DNA from: Chloroflexota bacterium | GTDB taxonomy: Bacteria; Chloroflexota; Anaerolineae; Anaerolineales; E44-bin32 | Direction: 5' to 3' | Assembly (NCBI GenBank): GCA_022561215.1 | Contig: JADFRQ010000012.1 | Span: forward strand, 3,247-67,246 | DNA: 64,000 nt | In this document: positions 9,624 to 18,998 of the stretch, piece after piece | Position numbering within the stretch: position 1 is the stretch's first letter | How the letters are laid out: each line of letters begins with the position of its first letter | Program-made: the position numbers and the translations under genes | Notes under the pieces: generated by a model | Databases searched by the model: none | Told to the model about the DNA's origin: nothing | Seen by the model: only the letters and a program-made list of their open reading frames with translations

Positions 9624-10952
9624 CTATTCAATTAGAACATCGAACTCGAGGGTACCGCTGGATCCTTCTTGATCGGAGCAGCGAACAACGACTTGATAGG
9701 CGCCCGTTTTTTCGTACGTGTGCGAGAGCGTCATCTTAAGATCATCGTCCCTCCAGCCGCGCACACTTTGATCTTGGCTGGAAAAGATCTGTCCGTCAAA
9801 ATTCCAATCAACTTCAATTATATTTATACATTCTGGAAAGGGAATTATCGTTCCCCCGCGGATGCCTTTCAAAAGGATCGTTGCACTTTTACCGACAATC
9901 TGCAGATCAGCTTCTGGGTGGAAAGTATTGTTCGTTGGGTATGCGCTTGTTTGGTAGAGCTCGATTTCAGGGCGTTTGTCCATCAGCAGCAATCTGCGGT
10001 AAGCAGTCATGATAGCCAGGGGAACGGAATCACACCCGATCCATTTTCTTCCGTGGCGTTGTGCCACGCTTAATGTTGTACCTGACCCGCAGAAAAAATC
10101 GCCAATTAAATCACCAGGATTGCTTGACGCCAGAATAATGCGCTCCATGAGCGCCTCTGGTTTTTGAGTAGGGTATCCGGTTCGTTCGTTGTGCAGCCGG
10201 GCGACAACCGGGAAATACCACCAATCTTCTGGCACCTTGCCCTGCTCTAAATTGGGAACTTTTCCAAATCCTGCCTTCGTCGACGAGGCAAAGGTTTTAA
10301 GTGTCGAAGGGCTGTACGGGATTCTCACGTCATCGACATTAAACGTATATTCACTTGACTTCGTATAGACGAGGATGGTGTCATGTTTGCGGTTGAACGC
10401 AGATCTTATGGGAGAAGGACCATGATAAACCCATATGATTTCATTCAGCAATCGATCGCGACCAAATACCTCATCAAGCAGCACGCGCGCATACGCGGAG
10501 GCATGCCAATCCAGGTGCAAATACAAGGTACCCGTCGGGGCGAGAAGATGATGCATTATTTTTAATCGGGGATAAAGCATATCCAGATAGTCGGCGCCAT
10601 CACGCCAAGTATCTTGATAGACACGTTTGACAGCCCATTTTTCGGGACGGCGCGAGTCTTCATTTCTGCCGATGCGGGCACGGTATTGTTTTCCTGTAAG
10701 AAAAGGCGGATCTATGTATATCAGATCAAACTTTGTTTCGTATTCGGCGAGCAAATTGGAGAAAATTTCCAGGTTATCGCCCAAGATGAGCTTGTTCCGC
10801 TCCTTGGATGGTTTCCCAAATCCGCTTAAAATCGACGTTTTGATCAGATGCCCTGCTTTGCTGACCGCCTGCTCACTGCGCGAATCCCATTGCAGGCGAG
10901 CAAAGCTCTTGTTCATCGAATCCGTTTCCCTTTTCGACTTTCGTGTAGTCAT
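9624..10952 (-). CDS. Site-specific DNA methyltransferase (N6A/N4C, beta class)
   Basis: IYIDPPF (motif IV) precedes YPTQKP and DFFCGSGTT (motif I). Confidence 0.9.
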   Translation of the reverse strand: MTTRKSKRETDSMNKSFARLQWDSRSEQAVSKAGHLIKTSILSGFGKPSKERNKLILGDNLEIFSNLLAEYETKFDLIYIDPPFLTGKQYRARIGRNEDSRRPEKWAVKRVYQDTWRDGADYLDMLYPRLKIMHHLLAPTGTLYLHLDWHASAYARVLLDEVFGRDRLLNEIIWVYHGPSPIRSAFNRKHDTILVYTKSSEYTFNVDDVRIPYSPSTLKTFASSTKAGFGKVPNLEQGKVPEDWWYFPVVARLHNERTGYPTQKPEALMERIILASSNPGDLIGDFFCGSGTTLSVAQRHGRKWIGCDSVPLAIMTAYRRLLLMDKRPEIELYQTSAYPTNNTFHPEADLQIVGKSATILLKGIRGGTIIPFPECINIIEVDWNFDGQIFSSQDQSVRGWRDDDLKMTLSHTYEKTGAYQVVVRCSDQEGSSGTLEFDVLIE

Positions 10953-11029
10953 CGATAACCTGTGTTCATTTGAGAAATTTGGTCAGCCGGCGAAGATAAA
11001 ATCGCACGTTAGCAAAAAAGCTATTGACC

Positions 11030-12802
11030 TTACATTACGTCTGGCGCCTGAATGCCCAGAAGGGCCAAGGAATTTTTCAATGTTTGTCGCGCCGCAGCTG
11101 TCAGACGCAAACGGAAGTTGCGCATGTTTTCATCCGCCCGCAGAACAGGGCAGCGTTGATAGAAATTGGTGAACTCTCTGGCCAAATCGTATACATAGTT
11201 CGCCAGGTGGAGAGGCTTATAGTCTTGCGCTGCACGTTGTACGGTCTCCGGAAGGCGAGAAAGTCGATCCAAGAGCGTAATTTCTGCCGCTTCAAGTGTG
11301 TATGCGGGCGATACCGGAGCAGGAATATCGCCAGCGCGCGCGAGGATGCTGTTCGCCCGCACATGTGCATATTGAATATAGGGAGATGCCTGTCCTTCGA
11401 AATTAAGTGCGCTTTCCCAGTCGAAAGTCGCAACCTTATTGGTATCCACAGCCAAGAGTGGGTACTTTAACCCACCCAGGGCAACGCTCAAAGCGACTTT
11501 TGCCTTGAGATCCTCGCTGAGCCCAGGATTTTTCTGCTGCACAATGTCCCGCGCGCGTTTTACTGCTTCCTGCAGAAGGTCATCAAACATAACTACCGTG
11601 CCTTCTCTTGAAGACATGGTGACGTCACCGGGGAGGTTGACGATCTCATAAGCCAGATGAAAACAATTCAGCGACTGCTTGAATCCCATTATCTCCAGGG
11701 TTTTAAATATCTGCTTCATGTACAGCGACTGGCGCACATCGATCACGTAGATGGATCGATCAATATTCCACTCATCAAATTTTTTGATTGCCAAATGAAG
11801 ATCTTTTGTTGCATAAAGCGAAGAGCCATCGCTTCGTAGGACTACGAGTACACGAAACGTTTCCTTATCCAAGCCCAACAGCTCATCTAATTTGATTGCT
11901 ACGGTGCCACCATTTGGACGATCGTCCACGGCTATATTGCGCGTAATAAGTTCTTCTACCAATTTTTTCCCTGGTTCTTCGACTTCGCTTTCAAAGAAAA
12001 AGACATCAAAGTGTTCACCGAGAACTTCGTAAATTTGCATGATGCCTTCGATACTCCACGATCTTGTCCGTTCCCACAATGCGATTAACTCGGGATCACG
12101 CGCATCCCATCGCTTATAGAGTTTTCTTGCCTCTTCTTCCATTTCGGGTTGATCTTCAACCAGCTGAGTCGCCTGCGAATAAATTTCCTGCATCCAGCGC
12201 GTGCGATCTCCTTGAGGTTCCTCGTCCTTATGAAATCGAAGATAACACCAAAGCCATTTGATCACGTGCCAGCCAATGTCGCCCCAATAATTAGCACGCA
12301 CGGTTTCATATCCTGCAAACTCAAAGATGTTCGCCATTGCGCCACCAAGGATGACATTCCGCAAATGGCCAACATGGAAGGCCTTGTGGGTATTGGGGGC
12401 GGAATATTCCACCATTACCTTTTCAGTTTTTGCATCGCCCCGGGCAAAATTTTCGCCGTCTGCAAGAATCGTGTCGACCACGCGACGAGCATAGACTTGC
12501 GGATCGATGGAAAGGTTAATATAGCCTCGGACAGCCTCAACACTCACAAAACCGGCCGGGGCGCCAATTGCCTTTACGAGAGCTTGCGCTATTTCCTGGG
12601 CGCGTTGAGGGATGTTTTTTACCCCGGAATCTTTTGCCGCAGCGTCCTTTGCCGCGGCTTGGAATCCGATGGCTGTTCCGAAGCCCCACTCGCCAGAAAA
12701 AGGTGTGGACGACCACACAATTTCTGCATCCCATTCAATTTTGAGCGATTTTAGTGTGCGAAGGATGATGGTTTCTACAGGATTAAGTTCTTCTTTAAAC
12801 AT
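11030..12802 (-). CDS. argS: Arginine--tRNA ligase
   Basis: EYSAPN, HVGHLRN (HIGH), MSSR, YIQYAHVR; ATG at 12802 preferred as start. Confidence 0.95.
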   Translation of the reverse strand: MFKEELNPVETIILRTLKSLKIEWDAEIVWSSTPFSGEWGFGTAIGFQAAAKDAAAKDSGVKNIPQRAQEIAQALVKAIGAPAGFVSVEAVRGYINLSIDPQVYARRVVDTILADGENFARGDAKTEKVMVEYSAPNTHKAFHVGHLRNVILGGAMANIFEFAGYETVRANYWGDIGWHVIKWLWCYLRFHKDEEPQGDRTRWMQEIYSQATQLVEDQPEMEEEARKLYKRWDARDPELIALWERTRSWSIEGIMQIYEVLGEHFDVFFFESEVEEPGKKLVEELITRNIAVDDRPNGGTVAIKLDELLGLDKETFRVLVVLRSDGSSLYATKDLHLAIKKFDEWNIDRSIYVIDVRQSLYMKQIFKTLEIMGFKQSLNCFHLAYEIVNLPGDVTMSSREGTVVMFDDLLQEAVKRARDIVQQKNPGLSEDLKAKVALSVALGGLKYPLLAVDTNKVATFDWESALNFEGQASPYIQYAHVRANSILARAGDIPAPVSPAYTLEAAEITLLDRLSRLPETVQRAAQDYKPLHLANYVYDLAREFTNFYQRCPVLRADENMRNFRLRLTAAARQTLKNSLALLGIQAPDVM

Positions 12803-12851
12803 ACGCTTTTCTGGCGGACACGGGCGATTATAGCATGGCTGCCTTGCAGTT

Positions 12852-12886
12852 AAAAGAAAAGACACACGCGGACGTGTGTCTTTTCT
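12852..12886 (-). terminator. Intrinsic terminator after rpsT
   Basis: AGAAAAGACACACG-cgga-CGTGTGTCTTTTCT perfect hairpin with A/T tracts on both sides. Confidence 0.75.
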
Positions 12887-12915
12887 ATGGCCTCGAACAA
12901 TTGCTTATTTCTTGC

Positions 12916-13188
12916 TCAAGATTTGTTTTTTAATGAATGGTAGCGGGCCAAAAGGCGGCTTTTTCGGCGGGCGCCATTGTTGGGGTGAAGCACACCCTTG
13001 GAAACGGCGCGATCAAGCGAACTGATGGCCCTCATCACTGCCTCTTCCGCCTTAGGTACATCTGCATTTTCAATACTCTGTCTGGCAATTTTAATATTTG
13101 TGCGCATGCGCGTAGTAATTCTTCGGTTTCTTGACCTGCGCTTTAAATTCTGTCGAATTCGCTTCTTAGCCGACATCGATGTAGCCAA
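12916..13188 (-). CDS. rpsT: 30S ribosomal protein S20
   Basis: SAKKRIRQ...LDRAVSKGVLHPNNGARRKSRL; GGAGG 5 nt before TTG at 13188. Confidence 0.95.
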   Translation of the reverse strand: MATSMSAKKRIRQNLKRRSRNRRITTRMRTNIKIARQSIENADVPKAEEAVMRAISSLDRAVSKGVLHPNNGARRKSRLLARYHSLKNKS

Positions 13189-13407
13189 CATTTCCTCCAA
13201 TAAGAACGGTACAAAAGCGAATTCTAACGTACCCGAGACCGTCTGTCTAGATAGATATTATTGCCGATTGAAACAGGAACCCAACAATCGTGGCCGCTTT
13301 GAATTTTGCGCGCCGACGAATGGTAGGCAACGCATTCATCTGTAGTTATTACGATAAAATCCCAAATCGACGGCAGCCGCGATGAAAACTCACCATTTAT
13401 TGATAAG

Positions 13408-15153
13408 TTACAGGTGGGGGACGGGATACCAGATAATCCTTAGACGTAGCAATTCGGATGAAGCCTTCATCCGTCGCTCCTCGGATACACCCTGCAACGC
13501 GTAGACGCGTTGCCAACTTACAATGGCGGCGAAGAAATCTGCAGGATCTTTATTCTCAAAATATTCGGCTTGCAAGGCATAGGCATCCGCTTGTAAATCA
13601 GGATTCTGCGAAATGAGAATAGCTTCCTCGATCGATTCTAATGCCAATTCGGCGTCTCCGAGATTAAAATAAAGCTTCGCGAAAGTTATCGCAACTCGAT
13701 CTGATTGCGGGTCGACCTCCTTTGCAATTTCCAGGTCGATCTGTGCTTCCCCGAAATTGCCGCGCTCCAAATACAGTAGACTGCGGTTAAAGAGGGCCTC
13801 AAAGTTGCGTTCTTCAAACTGCAGCAGCTGTGAATAGGCTGCGAGCGCTCCGTCAATATCGCCAACGTTAAAGGTCGCCTGCGCTAACGATAGCAAAGCC
13901 GCAACCTCATCTGGGACGTACACAAGATAGGTGTTCAGGGGCGCGATGGCTTCATCATAACGCCCCAGCGCGATCAGAATTTGTCCTTGTACGATATAGG
14001 CCTGTAGGATAGCAGGGTCGCCAGAAGTTCCGATAAGGACGTTATTTAACGCGCGATCATACTGCCCGGAATTGTATTGGGCGTTCGCAAGATGAACATA
14101 GATCAAAGGCGTAATTACGCCGGACTGCATCGCCGCATTTGCCGTAAGCGTCAGGGCCTCCCACTGTTGCTGGGCAGCATAAAAATCCATTACCTCCAAA
14201 TAGGCGGGCATGAGAAAAGGATCAAGAGCAATTGCCTCATCGAAGGCTGAAGGCAAACTATCGGGATTATTTTGAATCTGAATCTTGCCGATTCCGAGAT
14301 GCGCGGCAGCCATAAGCGGATTTAGTTCCAGGGCCCTGAGGTATTCAACTTCCGCCTCCTCCAATAATCCCAGTTGGCGATATGCTTCGCCGCGCACAAA
14401 GTACACATCGGGAATAAGTGGATCGGAAATAATCACCTGGTCCATGAGTTGAATGCTCGATTGAAATTTACCTTCCTTAAGCGCGCTCACAGAAGAAGAA
14501 TACGCTTCGTAGCCAGAATTAGGCGTGATTCCCCAATACGGAGTTTTGGTGGGTAAAACACCAACCAGTAGCGGCAAAGGGGTGCTGGCTGCATTTACAG
14601 GAACAGCGGTCCTATCGAGAACGCTCTCCACAGGAACTGGCGTGTGGGTGGCTGTTGCCGCGGGGGTGGGGCTTGGGGTACGGGTTGGCGCCCGCAAAGT
14701 TGGTGCGATCGAGGTTTCTCTGGGGCGGAAAACGAAATTGCCTACAATTACCAGGCCAACCAATGCCAGAGCGGGAATAAGAATGAGGCTTAATCGATTG
14801 CCGCCGGGAATATTTAATGCGGACCCTCTTCTTGGAGGGATAATTTTTCGATGCGGAATGTCAACGACGGCGGATAGTTCTGTTTTGCTGGGCGCATGTG
14901 CTCCCAGAATGGTTAAACCACGCAGAGCCGCTCGGTTCGTGGGATCATTCTTCAGCACAGATTTGAGGCAATAAATTCGCTCGCGTTCGGTTTCGACAAC
15001 CGTGCTCATCCACAACCAGTACTCAGGATTCGATGAATCGACGCGCACGAGCTGCGTGAGCAATTCCCTCGCATGGGAATTATCTCCTGATCTCACTGCT
15101 GCAATCGCTTCAGTGAGCATGGAATCGTCGGAATTCGGCAAATCCTTCTTCAC
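13408..15153 (-). CDS. Membrane-anchored tetratricopeptide repeat protein
   Basis: N-terminal TPR (YWLWMS), TM helix, T/P linker, many TPR-like repeats. Confidence 0.85.
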   Translation of the reverse strand: MKKDLPNSDDSMLTEAIAAVRSGDNSHARELLTQLVRVDSSNPEYWLWMSTVVETERERIYCLKSVLKNDPTNRAALRGLTILGAHAPSKTELSAVVDIPHRKIIPPRRGSALNIPGGNRLSLILIPALALVGLVIVGNFVFRPRETSIAPTLRAPTRTPSPTPAATATHTPVPVESVLDRTAVPVNAASTPLPLLVGVLPTKTPYWGITPNSGYEAYSSSVSALKEGKFQSSIQLMDQVIISDPLIPDVYFVRGEAYRQLGLLEEAEVEYLRALELNPLMAAAHLGIGKIQIQNNPDSLPSAFDEAIALDPFLMPAYLEVMDFYAAQQQWEALTLTANAAMQSGVITPLIYVHLANAQYNSGQYDRALNNVLIGTSGDPAILQAYIVQGQILIALGRYDEAIAPLNTYLVYVPDEVAALLSLAQATFNVGDIDGALAAYSQLLQFEERNFEALFNRSLLYLERGNFGEAQIDLEIAKEVDPQSDRVAITFAKLYFNLGDAELALESIEEAILISQNPDLQADAYALQAEYFENKDPADFFAAIVSWQRVYALQGVSEERRMKASSELLRLRIIWYPVPHL

Positions 15154-15211
15154 TATCTCATGCCCCAGGTCAGGAGGGTGAAGTATAGACTGAGGTATTC
15201 GTCAACGCCAT

Positions 15212-16219
15212 TTGCTCTTTGGTATAATGCGCTCTGCTTTGAATAAATTGAGCCAGTTGCTTTGGATTGTATGCTCTATTATGGTTCTTTCGCGCTGCAC
15301 TACGTCGCAGATCCAGCAGCCAATCATCCCGACGGCCACCCTTTTCGCCTACGCATCCATTATCCCTTCACAGATCGCTTCACCGATTGTCATTCCACAA
15401 TCAACAGAAATTAGCCTCCGTCCATCTCCGACCCCCTTTGCCCACATTGTCGAAGCGGAGGACACATTGCTGGGAATTGCCATTCGTTATGGCCTCAATC
15501 TTGAAGAACTATTGGCCGCCAATCCTGGGATCGATCCGCGAATATTGAGCATTGATCAACAAATCCTAATTCCTAATCCTGAGGGCGGGCCTGCAGGTAG
15601 CCTCCTTTCGACTGCTACTCCAATTCCGATCGCCCTATCAGCGGTTGCATGTTACCGTACGGGCGTTGATGATTTATGGTGTTTGGCGAAGGCCACCAAC
15701 GACAAGGGGAAGGCGATGGAAGGAATTGCCGCGGTCATTTCGCTTATCGCTGAGGATGGCCGCGTTCTGAACGCCAAGGAAGCTTTTGGTCCACTTAATC
15801 TACTACCATCCGGCAAGAGCATGCCTCTAGGTGTCTTGTTCTCTGCGCCTCCCGAAAACTTTTCATGGGCGACTGTTGCCGTTACAAGCTCTTTCGTCGC
15901 AGAGGATCCCGCAGAACGCTATTTCGAACTCGAAGTCGCCGCTGAAAGCGAAAGTGCCGGCGGATCCGGAAAAACTTGGCGCGTGAATGGCAGCATTACA
16001 CTTTCTCCTGAAAGCCCGAGCGGATTGAATATTTTCTCGCTCCTTCTTGTTGCACTGGATGCCGATGAAAATGTGGTTGGATTTCGAAAAATACTTCTTG
16101 AATCTCGGTTGGAACCAGGTGAGACCTATACATTCGCCACTGATGTATTCAGCTTGGGGCCTGCCATTGAGAAAATTGACATTCTGGCGGAAGCGATTCG
16201 GCCCGCGGAGGCGCAGTAG
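15212..16219 (+). CDS. LysM peptidoglycan-binding secreted protein or lipoprotein
   Basis: HIVEAEDTLLGIAIRYGL...LLAANP...QQILIP; start uncertain (15212, 15227 or 15239). Confidence 0.85.
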   Translation: MLFGIMRSALNKLSQLLWIVCSIMVLSRCTTSQIQQPIIPTATLFAYASIIPSQIASPIVIPQSTEISLRPSPTPFAHIVEAEDTLLGIAIRYGLNLEELLAANPGIDPRILSIDQQILIPNPEGGPAGSLLSTATPIPIALSAVACYRTGVDDLWCLAKATNDKGKAMEGIAAVISLIAEDGRVLNAKEAFGPLNLLPSGKSMPLGVLFSAPPENFSWATVAVTSSFVAEDPAERYFELEVAAESESAGGSGKTWRVNGSITLSPESPSGLNIFSLLLVALDADENVVGFRKILLESRLEPGETYTFATDVFSLGPAIEKIDILAEAIRPAEAQ

Positions 16220-16372
16220 CGAACGGAAGCGCAGTCGGGCAAGGACGCCCAACAAAGCCGCCGAAAAGGTTAACCGCCGGCAAGAAAGATTGAGATTGCG
16301 AATGAGAGAAATGCATTTCTCCGATTCAATTCTGGGCTTAAGAAGAATTGTTGACCTTTATCTCGGTTGCCG

Positions 16373-17104
16373 ATGAATCAAGTTAAATTGGTCGAACGTG
16401 GCGAGCGAGATCAATTAATATCGCTGTTCAATTTGCGAGCAGCAAGTGACGCCATGCTCGCCTACTACGCATTGGAACATCCCATTCAAAGGGTGAAGAT
16501 ATTCGTCAATTATTCTGAAAGTGGTCATCCTAGCGGATTTATTGTCGTGGCTCAAACTGGCCTTGATCTTTTTCGACCCCTGGTGCTGCCATATGTCACT
16601 GCCGAAGAAACATTGGGCAGGTTGCTTCGTGAAGCCCTTAATCCATCGCAGCCAATCTTGCTTTTTCTTCCTCTTGAACAGCGCGGCTGGGCTGAAAAAT
16701 ATTTGGAAATATCCCTTTCAGCTGTTAGCGAATTATTGCGTTTAGAGGCTAATTCCTTTAATCCCCTTCTCAACGTTCTGGTAATGCCGAAGAAGGCCGC
16801 CGATGGCCTTATGCGATTCGATATTAATGCACAATCAGGCGCCCACGCCGCAGCCGGAATCAATTGGCAGGGAAAATCATTCGCCGAAGTCTATGTTGAA
16901 ACAGATCACGAATCAGCCCGCAGGAAATTTGCCGACTCAGTTCTATCGGCACTCTGCAGCTATTTGCTTGAGAGAAAATTGCTGCCGTTAATTCGATACG
17001 ATGAATCTGCTGCCATTAAATATGATGCCCTGCATGAAATAGGCTTTATCAGTACCGGTTCCCGATTTTTATTTGGACAAGCAAAAAGAAAAGAGGTCGC
17101 CTGA
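16373..17104 (+). CDS. Hypothetical protein, possible C-terminal GNAT-like fold
   Basis: AEVYVET...ARRKFA...LHEIGF resembles GNAT motifs. Confidence 0.6.
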   Translation: MNQVKLVERGERDQLISLFNLRAASDAMLAYYALEHPIQRVKIFVNYSESGHPSGFIVVAQTGLDLFRPLVLPYVTAEETLGRLLREALNPSQPILLFLPLEQRGWAEKYLEISLSAVSELLRLEANSFNPLLNVLVMPKKAADGLMRFDINAQSGAHAAAGINWQGKSFAEVYVETDHESARRKFADSVLSALCSYLLERKLLPLIRYDESAAIKYDALHEIGFISTGSRFLFGQAKRKEVA

Positions 17105-17124
17105 GGGATAGCCAGGCATTGTAG

Positions 17125-18477
17125 ATGATTGCAGCCAAACTCAATTTCCCCAAGGGTTTTTTATGGGGAACAGCAACCTCAGCCCATCAAGTAGAAGGTG
17201 GCAACACCAACAATGATTGGTGGCTATGGGAACAGCAACCAGGAAGAATTTCTGACGCCACGCGCTCTGGAAATGCATGCGAATGGTGGGATGGCAGGTG
17301 GAAAGAGGATTTTGATCGCGCCAGTTCCGGCGGACAAAACGCGCATCGGCTATCGATTGAGTGGAGCCGTGTTGAACCGACCCCTGGTGTGTGGGACGGA
17401 GAGGCGCTCATTCAGTACAGGGAAATAATAAAAGGTGCGATAAAGCGCGGCCTCACACCTATGGTCACATTTCATCATTTCACCAATCCCGCATGGATTG
17501 CCGAACTCGGTGGTTGGGCCAACAACGAAACTGTAGCCTATTTCGAACGTTATGTGCGCAAAGCAGCCAGCAGCTTAAATGACCTTGTTAATCATTGGGT
17601 AACTTTCAATGAACCAAATACCTACCTTTACAACGCCTACATTCGAGGGACCTTCCCGCCGGCAAATCTCGATACACTTCAAGCGATTCAGGCTGCTCAG
17701 AATCTTGCCCTAGGGCATGCGGCTGCATATCATACACTGCATGAGCTGCAAGCGGAGGCATCTGTCGGCATTGCGCACACTTACTCTGATATGCAGCCTG
17801 CACACCCTGCCAATCCCATCGAACGCCGCCTCGCGAAAATGAGGGGCAATCGCTTCAACGGGCTCTTCCCCAGGCTGCTGCACGACGGCCAGCTTCGCCT
17901 TCTTGGAAAACGCATCACGCTACGAAAAGTCATGGACACCCAGGATTTTTTTGGTTTAAGTTATTTCTCCACTGAAAACGTAACCTTCGATTTACGGAAT
18001 GTTAAAGAATCCTTCAGCAAGGGAATCCCTGAGGACCCGCAGGCGTGGATCGTGGAACAGGATAAACCCGGGGGAATTTTCCGTGCATTGGATTTTGCCC
18101 GATCTTTCAAGCTACCAATCTTCATCACGGCGAATGGTGTCGATGATGCCAGCGATGAACTGCGCAGGGTGGCATTGGCCAAAAACCTGCAGGGCGTATG
18201 GAAGGCGGCCAGTTTCAATTGGAAATTGCAAGGTTACTTTCATTGGTCGCTGGTCGATCATTTTAGTTGGCAGCATGGTTGGGCAAAACACTTCGGCCTA
18301 TGGGCGGTTGACCCCGAAACCCAAGCAAGAACGAAACGACCTAGCGCCGATTTCTATGCAGATATCTGCCGATCAAACAGCCTGACCTCTGAGATGGTAG
18401 CCTTGCATTCGCCAACGATTAGCGATGCACTTTTTCCTGCCGATCAGCGAAGGGAGTTCGTTGATGGTCTTTCTTGA
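17125..18477 (+). CDS. Glycoside hydrolase family 1 protein lacking the catalytic nucleophile
   Basis: FPKGFLWGTATSAHQVEG, RLSIEWSR, HHF and TFNEP present; ITANG in place of ITENG. Confidence 0.9.
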   Translation: MIAAKLNFPKGFLWGTATSAHQVEGGNTNNDWWLWEQQPGRISDATRSGNACEWWDGRWKEDFDRASSGGQNAHRLSIEWSRVEPTPGVWDGEALIQYREIIKGAIKRGLTPMVTFHHFTNPAWIAELGGWANNETVAYFERYVRKAASSLNDLVNHWVTFNEPNTYLYNAYIRGTFPPANLDTLQAIQAAQNLALGHAAAYHTLHELQAEASVGIAHTYSDMQPAHPANPIERRLAKMRGNRFNGLFPRLLHDGQLRLLGKRITLRKVMDTQDFFGLSYFSTENVTFDLRNVKESFSKGIPEDPQAWIVEQDKPGGIFRALDFARSFKLPIFITANGVDDASDELRRVALAKNLQGVWKAASFNWKLQGYFHWSLVDHFSWQHGWAKHFGLWAVDPETQARTKRPSADFYADICRSNSLTSEMVALHSPTISDALFPADQRREFVDGLS

Positions 18478-18555
18478 TTCATCCATTCGACAAAGCGTAT
18501 AATGGTTCCCACCCGTCGGAGTGATTTGGCTCCCAAAATATCGGCAAGATTAGAT

Positions 18556-18642
18556 GGAGAGGTTGCGTAGTCTGGCCTAACGCGCGCGCCTGGAGAGCGC
18601 GTGAGCCGCAAGGTTCCGTGGGTTCGAATCCCACCCTCTCCG
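18556..18642 (+). tRNA. tRNA-Ser(GGA)
   Basis: GGAGAGG/CCTCTCC acceptor; CGCGC-ctGGAga-GCGCG anticodon arm; long variable arm; GGTTCGAATCC. Confidence 0.95.
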
Positions 18643-18723
18643 CCTGAGACAGCACGCTCGTGCTGTCTTTGCTTATCGGCAAGTGGGTTGACACTCTCTG
18701 TTACGGAAAGTATCCTCCTCGAC

Positions 18724-18833
18724 GGCGCTCAGGTGGGCCCGGCGCGGCGTAGGCCTCCGAACTCCGTCAGGTCCGAAAGGAAGCAGCGGTAAGGGGGACC
18801 TACGGGTGATGTCGGGGTACCGACCTGGGCGCT
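18724..18833 (+). ncRNA. ffs: Signal recognition particle RNA (small bacterial type)
   Basis: Conserved TCAGGTCCGAAAGGAAGCAGC domain IV within a long hairpin (GGCGCTCAGGT...ACCTGGGCGCT). Confidence 0.9.
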
Positions 18834-18998
18834 ATTCTCGAATCGTCAATCGCCATTCACGTTATTCCACGGGATGATGGTGGATTCGAATCGATCGCAA
18901 CCGGCAATGTCCCATAAGAACCGCTCTTTGCTTTGTGGATCTACCGAAAATACTTGTGTACGTATTATCCAAAATCCCTTTGGTATACTGACGCTCAA

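Noticed and set aside
12149-12754. Long antisense ORFs (also 10627-11172, 23947-24417, 29333-29794, 33589-34044)
   Set aside because: Shadows of well-supported genes on the opposite strand, with no motifs.
18479-18792. ORFs 18479-18694 and 18601-18792 (and 26129-26311)
   Set aside because: They overlap tRNA-Ser, SRP RNA and tRNA-Sec; spurious translations.
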